The notes beneath the pieces are model-generated. The model did no database searches. It was not told where the DNA came from and saw nothing but the letters and a program-made list of their open reading frames with translations. Positions 31,471-45,884 of a DNA stretch of 64,000 nt are shown here, piece by piece. Position 1 is the first letter of the stretch. The number at the start of each line of letters is the position of its first letter. Origin of the DNA: the human T2T-CHM13v2.0 reference genome, Homo sapiens; assembly GCF_009914755.1 (NCBI RefSeq), contig NC_060929.1; one strand, 5' to 3'. The position numbers and the translations under genes were made by a program.

Positions 31471-31568
31471 GAAATTAAGAAAATAACTTTATTTACAATA
31501 ACATTAAAAAAATACTTAGGGAATAACTTTAACCAAGGAGTTAAAAGATCAGTACACTGAAAACTATT

Positions 31569-31895
31569 GGCCAGGTGTGGTGGCTCACGCCTGTAATCCC
31601 AGCACTTTGGGAGGCCAAGGCAGGCAGATCGCTTGAGGCCAGAAGTTTGAGACCAGCCTGCAACATGGTGAAACCCTGTCTCTACTAAAAATATAAAAAT
31701 TAGCCAGGCAAGGTGGCGGGCGCCTGTAATCCCAGCTACTCGGGAAGCTGAGGCGAGAAAATCACTTAAACGTGGGAGAATCACTTGAACCTGGGAGGCG
31801 GAGGCTGCAGTCAGTGGAGATTGTGACACTACACTCCAGCTTGGGTGAGAGAGTGAGACTCTGTCTCAAAAAAAAAGAAAAAAAAAAGGAAAGAA
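31569..31895 (+). mobile_element. AluS (Sz-like) with an internal duplication of about 20 bp
   Basis: Alu dimer; gagaaaatcacttaaacgtgg/gagaatcacttgaacctgg repeated at 31755-31794. Confidence 0.9.
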
Positions 31896-31938
31896 AACTG
31901 TCAAACATTGATGAAAGAAATTGAAAAAGACACAAATA

Positions 31939-32323
<385 letters not shown>

Positions 32324-32875
32324 CTACAAATTCAATGCAATCCCTTTCAAAATTCCAATGTCATTTTCCATAGAAATAGAAAAAAAAAAACCCTAAAATT
32401 CATATGAAACCACGAAAGATCCCAAATCACCAAGGCAGTGATAAGCAAAAGGCAAAAAGCTGGAGACATCACATCACACTCCCTGATTTCAAAATAAAAG
32501 CTATTGTAATCAACAGACACATCAACTACTGGAACATGATATAGTCCAGAAATAAACCCAGGTACTTACAGCCAATTGATTTTCAACAAAGATGCCAAGA
32601 ACACACAGTCTCTTCAGTAAATGGTGTTGAAGAAACTGGATATCCACATGCAGAAGAATGAAATTAGACCCTTATCTCATACCATATACAAAAATCAACT
32701 CAAGATGGATTAAAGACTTAAATGTAAGACCTGAAACTGTAAAACGACTAGAAGAAAACAGGAAAAAACCTTCCTGACATTCGTCTGGGCTTAGATTTTT
32801 TATATGTGATCCAAAGGCACAGGCAATAAAAGCAAAAATGGGCAAAAGCGATTGCATTGAAACTAAAAAGCTTCT

Positions 32876-33650
32876 AATCTTTGTCTTTCAATTAGAATTT
32901 TTAGACCATTTCTAATTAATTTTATTATTGATGAGGTTGAATTTATATCTGCCATATTGCTTTTTGTTTTATGCTTATCACATTGCTTTGATTTCTTATC
33001 TTGTTTTTGATAGAATTTTTCATTGTATCTTCATTATTATGTATTGATTATAAAAATATGATAGCAATTGCTTTAGAGTTTGTAATATACATCTTTAACG
33101 TATCAAATTCTCTCATCAAATAATACTGTGCTATTTCAAATATAGTATAAAACAACATATTTTCCTTCTTCCTCCTAACCTTTACAATTATTGTCATACA
33201 TTTTACTTGGACATGGTTATAAAACTCAAAGTACATTAGTGCATTGTTTTTTACCATTTTTGCTTTACATCAATTTATTTTTTAAAGAGATCTAAACATT
33301 TTTTAAAATGCATTTTACATTTACTTTCATTTTTACATTTGTAGTATTCTTCTTTTCTTTGTGTAGATTCAGATTTCCACTTTTGTCATATTTATTCTAC
33401 CTATGTCTTTTAATGCTTATTTTAGTAGATGTCTGATGGTAGTGAATTACCTCAGCTTTTGTCCATTTGAAAAAGTCTTGAGTTCACCTTATTTTTAAAA
33501 TATATTTTGACTGGCTATAGAATATTAGATTGACAATTAGTTTTTTCTTTTAGAACTTTAAGGATGTTGTTCCATAGTGGTTAGGCTTCCATAGTTTCTG
33601 GCAAGAAGCTGCTTACCTCATCTTTGTTTTTCTGTATTTTAAGCTTTTGA
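32876..33650 (-). mobile_element. Old L1M fragment (ORF1/ORF2 intergenic region)
   Basis: T-rich antisense L1M motifs (ctcagcttttgtccatttgaaaaagtc; ggctatagaatattagattgac). Confidence 0.65.
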
Positions 33651-34304
33651 AATTCTCCCTCTGGGTCTTGTGGTGTTTGTTCTACCCTCCCTTACTGACA
33701 GTGCTCCTTCGCTTAGGACTGTGAGTACAAGGGTGTTACACCTCTGCTCCAGGACTAAGCTGTTGTTGCTTGTTGCTTGGCAAAAGCTCAGAAACAGACA
33801 GGTGTATTTCTACTTCTCCCCTAGGGGAATGAGATCTTTGCTTGGGCTCTAGAGTGGGATGTTATTCTTTTAATGACTTATTTTTCAGTGTGTTTTCTGG
33901 TGTATGTTAAAAACAGTGCATTAACACATGTAAGTGATTTACAAATACCTGCCTATATAGGGGGCAGACATTAAGCAGTTTGGCTGATCAGGGGTAAAGT
34001 CAGAATAATTTGGAGGCCACTTAGAGAGGGACAGAATTAATAACTTTGATCGATTGGAAGTAGAATTTGCCTCTTCCTCTTCAATTTGATGACAACATGA
34101 TTCAGATGGTTTACTTTATTTCCATGAGTAACCTCATTTATAAATAGAGAATCTTTTACAGTGCATGTCTTATTTTATTTTAAAATAGTTATTAGATTTA
34201 TGTGCCAAAATGGCGAAGCAGTCTTTATGGACTCTTCCCTATTTTAACCTCCCCCCTCCTTCTTTTTTTTTTAAATAAATGAAAAATCTCCTGATCATTT
34301 TTAG

Positions 34305-34479
34305 GACTGTGAGGACGTGGGAAGTTGAAAATCCAAAGAAGCAAAAAAGTGTGTTTAAACCACGGACGATGCAAGGCAAAAAAGTCATTCCCACTACGTG
34401 CACATATAGTAGAGATGGAAACCTCATAGCAGCTGCCTGCCAGAATGGAAGCATACAGATCTGGGACCGAAATTTGACT
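34305..34479 (+). CDS. WDR70: Internal coding exon of WD repeat-containing protein 70 (175 nt, phase 2 in / phase 0 out; probably exon 10)
   Basis: Acceptor ttttAG at 34303-34304 and donor ACT|GTAAGT at 34480. Translation TVRTWEVENPKKQKSVFKPRTMQGKKVIPTTCTYSRDGNLIAAACQNGSIQIWDRNLT has the WD40 signature (IQIWD) and matches the WDR70 sequence as I recall it. Confidence 0.93.
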
Positions 34480-34484
34480 GTAAG

Positions 34485-34543
34485 TTAAATCTTTTCTTAG
34501 AACATGGCCACCTTAAATCTTTCCTTAGAAGATGGCCACCTTA
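34485..34543. repeat. 28-bp tandem duplication adjacent to the exon donor
   Basis: ttaaatcttttcttagaacatggccacc / ttaaatctttccttagaagatggccacc, 2 mismatches. Confidence 0.92.
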
Positions 34544-36122
34544 CAAAGACAAACGTGTTAAAGTATTATGAAGGTGAATTTCCTGAATTTAGACCTAATT
34601 TAAACTTCAGTGTTAGGTGATCAAACGTTGAGACTTTTGTAGTATACAGCATTTCAGCAGACATTTCAACTCTGTGTTTTTCAGTACATATTATATTTTG
34701 TTTTTAAAATAAATTTACTCTTTTGGTATAAAATTTAAAAACCATAGTGCAGCTTATTATATGGCATCTCAGTTTATTTGATTTTGAAAGTGAAGTGTTT
34801 AATAGTAATATAAAACAACACTAAGCAGAGAACTAGAAAATACCCTTTAAAAGATTTAAGAAAAACATGAAAAGTCCAAGATGAGCCATCAGTTGTTTTG
34901 TAGTTATTTTTCTAGTAATTTAAGTAATATTTTAATATTCTATGACATTTCATATAGATAGGTTTCAGGTTTTTTCTTTACAGTTTCAGGCTATTAGTAG
35001 AATAAATAAAGTTTGGAATTGGAAGGAATGATAGAATCCATATAAATAATGAATACAAAAGCCCTTGGCTAGTTCTGTCAATTACCAATAAGCTGTAAAA
35101 AGCTTCTTGTTTTATGTATAGATGGTAAAACAAAGATGTTTGTTAAATGGAATGAGTCTAGACACCAGTGTTAAAATAAAATTCTACACAAACACATTTT
35201 GGATATCCTTATTTTATAAAAGTTTCTGGCCACATTATTAATTCAGTAAATGTTTACTACATACTATAAACTAGGCACTGTTCTAGGCACTGATAATACT
35301 TATCAAAAATTCCTGTCCTCATGGAGTTTTCATTCTAGTTAAATATATATGCATATATTCCACCTTTGTCTATCAAATATTTACATTTTGAAGGGGATCC
35401 CAGGAAACACAATTGTTTTTTCAGGCAGATGTGTTGGAAGAAGGTTAAAAAGTGTTGATAGACGGGAAAAGAATCTATACTGATAATGCTGAAAATATCT
35501 TTGGCATTTTCTGTTTGTCAGATCTTTTTATTTCTGTTTTCATCTCTACTGTAAACCTCATAAAGCTTCATAACAGCATAGAGATCTTAAAAACTTCTTT
35601 GAATTGTAAACTGAGTTTTAACCAAGCAGTAAATTTTTTAGTAACTGGTTTTCATCATCTCTGGGTGCTGTTAACTTAAACACAGAAATTATAAAACATG
35701 CAGTTTTCTTGTGTAGCTTTAATAGTAGTGTTTTTTGTATAGTGTATATGTATGTGACTTTCTCTTAAAACCCATACTTTTTATAAAGTTGAATATAGTT
35801 TTTAAAGATTTGTCTTGTGTATCTTGAAATAAGGAGTATCTCCTATTTTCAGTTTTGTAGAAAGAAAGCCATTGGAATGCCACTTTCTAACAAGTATCTC
35901 TTAAAGCCATTCAGCTAATTACAGTCTTTGATTGTTTTGTTAGAATGTATTTAATAAATGAATGTAAGTTTATTATACCATATCTCATTTGTTATATTTT
36001 ATTCATATTTTTACATTTGGATACAAATGTGTGTCAACTGGAAACAAATCAAGTTGAAAAGAAAAACTTGCCAGCAGGAAACACAGCTTGATTTGAAAAC
36101 AGATTTTTAAAAAATTCCTTGC

Positions 36123-36190
36123 TCCCCCCTCCCCTCCCCTCCCCTCCCCTCCCCTCCCCTCCCATCCCCTCCCCTCCCCTCCCATCCCCT
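36123..36190. repeat. (CCCCT)n pentanucleotide repeat grown in an Alu tail
   Basis: Visible array lying between the Alu poly-T and its TSD. Confidence 0.93.
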
Positions 36191-36482
<292 letters not shown>

Positions 36483-36799
36483 TGGATTTTTAAAAAATTT
36501 CTTAACTTTTTTTTCAGCAAGAAAAATAACCATCCACAGGGAAACACTAAAGCTGAAATGAGAATGCCCAGTAACAATAGTTTTTCCAAACAGTAGTTAA
36601 ATAATTATATGATGGATAATGGTTAATCTGTATTTTGTGATGATTAAGTAAAACATTCATAATTGCCACATTTAATCCTAGAATTTTCATTAGATCAACT
36701 TGAACTTCAGTAAATTAAACAAAACATATCTTTTTAGAAGTAAGGTATCTCTATTAATGATATATTTCTGTGTTCTCAAGACCTACGTTTACTCTAGAG

Positions 36800-36995
36800 T
36801 TATATTGGTCAATATGCTAGCCACTAGCCACATTTGACTATTTTAATTTTAATTAAAATAAAATACAATTAGAATTTCAGTTTCTCAATCACACTGGACA
36901 CTTTTTAGGTACCCAGTAGCATCATGTGACCAGTGGCTACTTAATGGACAATATAGACCATTTTCATCATTGCAGAAAGTTCACTGGACATTGCT
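36800..36995 (-). mobile_element. MER3 (hAT-Charlie MITE)
   Basis: tagccactagccacat...gtggctac...catcattgcagaaagttcactggaca. Confidence 0.78.
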
Positions 36996-37146
36996 CCTCA
37001 AGAGGAGTGGTTGTTTGCCCAAGGTTCCTTTTATTCATATGATGATGGTCAGCCTTTCATTTGAGAAGAAGGCCTCTTCAGAGAAGCTTCTGTGGATCTG
37101 CACTGCCTCCTTGATTCTCTACTTCCCATTCACCAGCATAATTTGA

Positions 37147-37579
<433 letters not shown>

Positions 37580-37599
37580 ATTCTGCAGCACTCTTATAG

Positions 37600-38250
37600 C
37601 TATTCATATGGCTTTTTCTCTCATCTCTTTCAGTTCAGAGGACTGAAATTTCTTCTTCTCAGCAAGACCTTCCCTGACCACACCATATTTAAATTGCAGC
37701 CTTCTCCCTGCCAGTGGTACTCTCTACCCCTCTTATTTTCTTCCATAGTGCTGATTGCTGTCTGACCTGCTGTACTGTATGTTTCACTATTTTTTTTTTT
37801 TTGTTTAACTTTTGAGACAAGTTCTCACTCTGTCACTCAGGCTAGAGTGCAGTGGCATGATTACAACTCACTGTGTGGCCTTGACCTCCTAGGCTCAGTT
37901 GATCCTTCTGCTTCAGCCTCTCGAGTAGCTGAGACCACGGGCATGCGCCACCATGCCCAGCTAATTTTCTTGTTTTTTATAGAGATGGAGGGCTCACTAT
38001 GTAACCCAGGCTGGTCTTGAACTCCTGGACTTAAGCAGTCTCCCCACCTCAGCCTCCCCAAGTGCTGGTATGACAGGCGTGAGCCACTGCACCTGGCCCT
38101 CTTTATTGGCTGTTTCCTTCTAGTAGGATATTTGCTGCATGAGGGAAAGGATTGCTGTCTGTTCTACTCCCTGCTGTATTCCCAGAGCAAAGACAGTGCC
38201 TAGTATATAGCAGACCTTCAGTAACTATTTGTTGAATGAATAAATGGATG
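37600..38250 (+). mobile_element. L2 3' fragment, interrupted by AluJ
   Basis: agaccttccctgaccac...catgagggaaagg...ctatttgttgaatgaataaatg. Confidence 0.7.
37790..38098 (-). mobile_element. AluJ
   Basis: ccttgacctcctaggctcagttgatcc; ctcactatgtaacccagg. Confidence 0.88.
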
Positions 38251-39250
38251 TGTATGTATTCTAAAATAGTAACATAAAATGAGATGGTCAGTTTAGTTCT
38301 AAGAATACATTTAAAGAATAGTAGCATAAAAACACTATCCTAGTTATGTGAATACACAATGAGATAGAGTTGGGTATGTGTACGAGTTTTGGGGTAGGGG
38401 GAGAGGAGAGAGGTATTGGGGTAGTTTTTGGTATATTCTTAATATAAATATATTAATCTGTATATGTGACTGATTTTGGATTTGCTAATAACAGGCAAAT
38501 TTTTAAAAACTATGTTCATGTCTCTTTATAATTCTGGGCTTTCAAATAATTCAGCATGTATAGTCTTATGAATACCTAATAACTTCTCTTCATATCAAAA
38601 CACCTATCAGATTTATTCTTTGACTTTGCACAAAGCACTGTTGCTGTTCTTTAATATCTATCAGGAATCTACAATATACTAGACTCTTGACTAAAAGAAC
38701 ATACTGTGTTTTCTTATCTTGCAATTACTGTTTGTAGGCTAAGTTTTTGTCAGGAAAATTGGGATTCATCTTATTCATGGAGTTTTGTTCTCCCTAGACA
38801 CAGGTGATGGGAGGGAATAATATTTGAGGTTGTTTGATTTTGCAGTAGGCACCACTAGCAACTTGACCCCTGCTCTATCTGACTGCCTTCTATTGCCCTT
38901 TTGGCCTGCAAGCCCTTGCCCAGATTCTTGGGCTGTTCCTTTTGGGAAAATCACCACACAGCACAATGCCTTACCAAGAAAGCCGCAAGATTTCCCCAGC
39001 TCGGTTGGCTGTTCAGTGCCCCCATTTTCAGCCATGCCAGAAAGTGGAACGGAGGAATCTGAGGCAGTAATCATATCAGGAAATCAGCTTTTGGCAAGTA
39101 AGACAACAAATATGAAGAAAAAAGAAATATCCAGCACACAGCAAATCTTTAAATGTCTCCAGTTGCTGTCAGATAACCCATGTTAAAAGATTACTTTATG
39201 TCTTTCTGCATCCTTCTTCTTATTAATACATGTATTCACAGATATATAGA

Positions 39251-39624
<374 letters not shown>

Positions 39625-41624
39625 TTATTTAAATGGGATCCTGTAATTTTACCTACATGAAATATGTGCTTTTCAAAAAAAAAAGTTGGTTTTTTGGTTT
39701 ATTATTATTTTATTCTGTGCCACTCCTCTCCTCTGTCATTGTCCCATCTCTATCCCTTGATGCTTGTAAATTACCTGATAGGTATCCTTTTGTGATTTTC
39801 TCCATATCTGTATATCTGTATCTGTTCACATCTGGAACATTTCAACTGGTATTTTTGAGGAGCTCTCACCTCACTGAGAATAAGACAAAAGAAATTTAAA
39901 CCTATAAGTAGTTTGTAAAAAATTCAGGGAATGATCTGTAAGGTAATTTATGACCAGGTGCTACTTTGTATAATGCCCATCATATGGAAGAGTTAGGGAA
40001 GGCAGAGGTCAGGTGGGGAGTCATAGGGCTTCTGAAAGGTGCACAGTTTGGATGAGCAACAGGATTAATAGGGATTACAGAGTAATAATGTTCATAGTTT
40101 ACTAAACAAAGCAGAAATAGTGAGCTATTCTGCATATAAAAATGATACTAAAGGATCTTTTGAGATTCTTACTTCCCAAAACAGTCTTGAATCTTCTCTT
40201 TTAGAATCACCAGCAAGCTAATTTGATATAATGAAGGAAAAGTAAAGCAGAATAAAGATAATGTTTTGTGGGAGAGGTGGCACTTGAGTCCCTGGGTGCC
40301 CTCAAGTTACTTAAAGTCTCTTAGAAGTCACTTCTCACCGTTGGACACCATCTGCTGTGCCTTACATTAACAATAATTTTCACAATTTAAAAATTTGCTT
40401 TTAGTGGGTTTTTTTGTTAAATTTTCGTAATGCAGCTTTGAACATTTTTCTCTCACACCTCAAGTACACTAATTTAAGACAAATTCTCATACTATTTGTT
40501 AACTACTTTCTGTAGTGATTTTTTTTTTAATGGCTGATAATTGCATCTTTTTGTTGCTTTTGGGATATTCTTATAAAGCTGTCATAGCCACTAAAAATGA
40601 AAGCAGTATTTACTTTTATGGAGGTTCCCTATGTATGTGTACTAAGCTAGATTGTTAGCAAGAAGGAAGAATTTTATGATAGCGTGCTCTTAATATTTTC
40701 TTTATATTTTTCATTTATATCTATTAGAGCAATCTAAACTCCCTAAATTGAGTGTTAAGCTGTTGGTATTCAAGATTTTGGAGATTTTTTAAAAAAAATG
40801 CATTGATATATTTTTAGCATATAATGTTTTATCCTTGTTTCCAGTCTTATTTGTGATAAATTTGTCATCTGTTATATAATTTTAAAGTCATATGACTTTG
40901 ATTTTGAAAACATTTTATTACGTAGTTATTCATTATTTACTGCCGTCTGCAACTGTGAAGATGCGTGAAGAACTCATGTTTCATTTCAAAATTTTCCTTT
41001 GAGATTATTTTTATTTCAGCCTTTTTTTTTTTTTAAAAAAAAAAACTTCTTTGACATACCATTTTAGCTATTAATCTTTGGAATAATGTATGGAGAGCTT
41101 TTTAAATTCTGATTATAGTCGATAAGTATCCTTTATTTTCCTGATAGTGATATCATCAAAGACTTGTATAAGTTAAACATGACCTCCAATGGTTAAGACT
41201 GTGCTTGCAGCCCAGACTAATGACCTCATCTAGGTGTCTTCTCCTTTCTTTCTGCAAAGACTAATCATTTAACAATAATTCACAACTTTTACCTAATAAT
41301 AGGTGTTCAAGTTAAAGTAGCACGGTATTCACTCTAAGGAGAGGGAGTAGTTGTAGACAAAAAGAACTCTATTTTATTTTTAAACAATTTTTTAATACCA
41401 AATGATTTAGAGAATGTTTCTGGTATCTTTGAGAAAAAAGATCATCTGTGTGAAATATAAAGAGCAATGCTAGAAATTCAAAGTTTTGTCTCTTCAATAG
41501 ACCTAATTCTGGGAATGTAGAAGAATATATATGTATATATTGACAGCTAAATGTCTACTGCATAGTCCTACAGCATGTTTTATAGATGACATCTGAGATA
41601 TACAATTACATTATATTTTACTTC

Positions 41625-41795
41625 AGATTTCATGTCTGTGAGTCCTGACTTTCCTAAGCTCTGTTCTTCTCATTTTCTTTATTTACAAAATGAGGGCATG
41701 ATCCCCCCATGTCATGTTGTTATGAGGATTGTATTAGGTAATATATATAAAGCATTCAGATAGGACGTGCACATAACAGGTTCTTAATAACTGCT
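41625..41795 (+). mobile_element. MIR
   Basis: ctcattttctttatttacaaaatgagg...gttgttatgaggatt...aaagcattcaga. Confidence 0.6.
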
Positions 41796-42469
41796 GGTCT
41801 TCGTCTTTTTTCTTTTTAACTCCTAGGGTACTTACAGTTTTTGTAGAATGGTAAAGTTAGACCTCAAGATACTATTTAACTCTGGCTGTGAACATCTTAC
41901 GCATCCAAGTCTGACAGATTTCTAGGCGACTAAAGGTTTGGTTTAGGAGGATAAAGAGTATAGGTGCCTTGCTCCAGCCAGTCATTCATTGTATGCAAAT
42001 GTAACCACCATCAATAAGTAACAATGCTATGGACCCATGTTTTAGTTATGCCTGAGTAGATACATCAATTATAATGATCTTTTTACAAATATTCAACAGA
42101 ACACGTGACATATGAACTATTCTATAGTGCTTTAACATGCCTATTTTCAATGGTTACATTTCCAAAAAAGTATATCATTGATTCAAAACACAAAACCATC
42201 ATAACTGCAAATTACTTGCAGGCACTAAACTTAAATTCTAATTTGTCAATTATTTTCATAGAGTTATATAAGTTTTAATAATAATGCTCTTGTAAATAAT
42301 GCTCTTATAAAATGCTCCTGCAAATGCTTTTGTTACACATGCTGTTAGAAGCAACATTCACTAAATGAAAAAATACTGGCTTTTGAGAAAGTTAGGGTAA
42401 AAGGTTTTTTAAAAATATGGATGATTATTATCCTTGTTTTTTAAGACTCTGAATAATATAATAATTTAA

Positions 42470-42870
42470 GACTTCCAGTTAAAACATGGTAGGTTAAACA
42501 CATTTGTTCAACCATGCTTCCTCCTGAAACCTCACTAAAGTGACAGGAAAGGCTCTTTTTAAAGCATAAACCCAAATGGATGAAGAGAATTAGAGAGGAG
42601 ATGATAGCAGAAAAGAGGTATCAAGATTCATTTGGAAGCTGGAAGCCAGATGCATAAATGGTAACTGACTTAGCCACCTAGAGAAAGCTGAAACCTTAGC
42701 CATGGTAGGAGAAGCCTGTAAAAGGCAAACTGATTTGTCTTATAATTCCCTCCTCTGCTCTATGCAGCCAAATCACTGCTCTCCCTTTACCATCACAGAA
42801 GACAAAAGAATTACTTTTAAAGGGGGCCTAATAAAGAGACCCTATATTCCAGGCAAAGAAAATCTTCATG
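42470..42870 (+). mobile_element. Ancient L1M/HAL1 5' region fragment
   Basis: gacttccagttaaaacatgg...cctcctgaaacctcactaaa resembles old L1 5' ends; a related ORF1-like piece lies at 44060-44690. Confidence 0.45.
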
Positions 42871-42939
42871 TAGAGTTGTTTGTCCTCTCCTCCTTCTCTG
42901 TTGTTGTTATTATTGTTGTTTTTGTTATTATTATTATTG

Positions 42940-43158
42940 CACTTACTAAGTACTTACTGTGAGCCAGGCAATATTTTAAGCACTTGTAATATTTTATTTA
43001 ATCCACACAGCAACTCTATGATAAAATGCTGTCATTATTGTTTTACTGATTTAAAAAAAATCCAGAAACAAAGAAATTGACTTGCCTACTAAAAACTACA
43101 GTTAGTATGTAGCGTAACTGAGGTTCAATCCCAGGCAGTCTGGCTCAAGAGTCTATAC
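42940..43158 (-). mobile_element. MIR
   Basis: tacttactgtgagccaggca...tttaatccacacagcaactctatg...ttcaatcccaggcagtctggctc. Confidence 0.72.
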
Positions 43159-43159
43159 T

Positions 43160-43981
43160 GAGAGTCAGGAAAACTATGGCCATGTACCAAATCTAGCCCA
43201 CTACCTGTTTTTGTATGGCAAGCTAAGAATGGTTTTTACATTTTTGGATGGTTGTATTATTTTTCTATGGCTGCTGCAACAAACTACCACAAATTTAGTG
43301 GCTTAAAATAACAGAAATGTATTATCTTACAATTCTATAGGCTAAAGTCTCTTTGGGCTAAAATCAAGGTGTTAGCAGGGTGTTCCTTTCTGGAGGCTCC
43401 AGGGAGAATCTCTTTCCTTGCCTTTTCCAGTTTCTAGAGGCCGCCCTTTTATCTTGGCTCCTGGCACACTTCCTTCATCATCAAGGCCAGCAACGTTGTT
43501 GAGTCCTTCTTATGTCATAACACTGCGACCTTCTGTTCTGCTTCCCTCTGCCACTTTTTAAAGACCCCTGTGATTACATCTAGCCTACTCAGATAATCTA
43601 GGATAATCTCCCTATTTTAAGGTCAGCTGATTAGCAACATTAAATCAATCTGAAACCTTAATTTCCCTTTGCCTCATAAGGTAATATATTAACAGGTTCC
43701 AGGGACTCAAATGTGGAAATCTTTGGGAGTATTACTCAGCCTATCATAATGGATTCAGAAAATCAAAATAAAAATATTTTGTGACACATGAAAATTATAT
43801 GAAATTCAAATTTCAGTGTCCATAAATTTTATTATAACAGCCTTGCTCATTCATTTGTATATTATCTGTGACTGCTTTTGTATCATATTAGCAGAATTGA
43901 GTAGTTGCAACAGAGTATATGGTCCTCAAAGCCTAAGATACTTACTGTATGGCCCCTTATAGAAAAAGATTTTGACCCCTG
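43160..43981 (+). mobile_element. MER58B (hAT-Charlie), split by MLT1D
   Basis: aaactatggcc...agctaagaatggtttttaca (43160-43252) resumes aaaattatatgaaattcaaatttcagtgtccataaat...gacccctg. Confidence 0.82.
43253..43748 (-). mobile_element. MLT1D MaLR LTR
   Basis: tgtatta...aactaccacaaatttagtggcttaaa...ggtcagctgattagcaac; 5-bp TSD atggt/atgga. Confidence 0.82.
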
Positions 43982-44059
43982 TCATATAGTTTCTAATTTG
44001 GATTTTAGGGCTTTTCTCTTCGATATTAATGGTAGACGTGGGTCACTAGACATTTGGGG

Positions 44060-44690
44060 AAATCCTCTAACATGAAATACAGAAACTTATACTAAACAGA
44101 ATAAGCAAGTCAGAGGAGAGAGAGATAATGTAGAAAACTGAAGAAATTTTCAAGGAAAAAATTATTCTCTCTAAGAGTATAATTGATACTCTTAGAGAGA
44201 AAATAGAGACTAGTACAACCAAGAAACTAAAGCAGATTACTACCAAAAAATTTGAATGTTAAGAGATTAAGAAAGATCTCTTGCAAAATAAATATGTGAT
44301 TGAGGGATAAGGGAAGGAACCCCTAGGAGTATTAAAATCTCCTGGAAAGTATATGTAAATATAGTTGAGGAAGCCTAGGAAGTAGAATAAAATACAGTGA
44401 TAGAAAAAAGATAGGAGACTTACAGTGTCAATTCAGGGTCTAGTATTTGACTAGAAAGTTCTAATGAAAATACAGGAGAGGGAGGTTGGAATTAGGTAAG
44501 AAAGAGTTACTAAAAATAAAGAGGTCTCAGAACTGAAAAAAAGTGATTTTCCAGAGAGGAAGGACTCATCTGGAAAGAATGAAAAAGACGCACACCAAGC
44601 CATGCGTCATGAAATTTCAGGACACCAGGAATATAGAGAAGATTTTACTCACAGGGAATACAATAGGAAACATGTGACACAAGAATAATA
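44060..44690 (+). mobile_element. Ancient L1M/HAL1 ORF1-like fragment
   Basis: A-rich; gaaaaagacgcacaccaagcca..catgaaatttcaggacacc..agagaagatttta. Confidence 0.5.
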
Positions 44691-45266
44691 GGACCATGTA
44701 ATTTGGGATGTTGGTAAGACAGCTGCTCAAATGTAAGACCAGGGATTCTGTGTTAGTGCAAAGGGACGTCATCTTTCTCAGTCTTCTGTTGAGGTGATGA
44801 AATATTTTAAGTTCGGTAATCATTACTTTTAGTGACTGCTCACCAAATCTTCTTAACTCTGTCCTAAGCATTATTTATTCCAGACATACATTCAGCTACA
44901 TGTGAAACAACCCACCAGGATTATATGCCAGAACTTACGCTCAATATACCCAAAACACAACCTGTCTCTTGTAGAACTCATTCTTCCTTTTGACTTTGCT
45001 ATTTTTATTATTTTTCCATTTAGAACTTTAGAATATTCTTTGCCTCCTATAACCAGTGTCAGTCTTATCAGTTCTGTGCTTTAGTGTTTCTCACACTCAC
45101 TCCCTCAATTGCGTCTCTCGCTTTAATTCTACTTCATACCCTCATCACCTTTAACTTGTGATGCTGGCTATCCTCACCCTTCTCTCTCCGTGTTCTGATA
45201 AACCTAGCCCCAGTTTAAATCACGTTAAACGCAATACTTACTACTTCAGTACTTGTCATATGCTGA

Positions 45267-45884
<618 letters not shown>

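Noticed and set aside
34279-34488. 69-aa ORF as a standalone gene
   Set aside because: It is the WDR70 exon plus intronic flanks; the ATG and stop lie outside the splice sites.
38775-39186. Overlapping 120-aa and 99-aa ORFs
   Set aside because: No recognisable protein similarity, no exon boundaries, non-ATG start for the longer one.
40884-40899. 16-bp perfect palindrome aaagtcatatgacttt
   Set aside because: About one such palindrome is expected by chance in 64 kb of AT-rich DNA.
41022-41045. T13A11 self-complementary tract
   Set aside because: Common mononucleotide junction; no other support.
42280-42332. Four degenerate aatgctc/t units
   Set aside because: Low-complexity slippage with no evident function.
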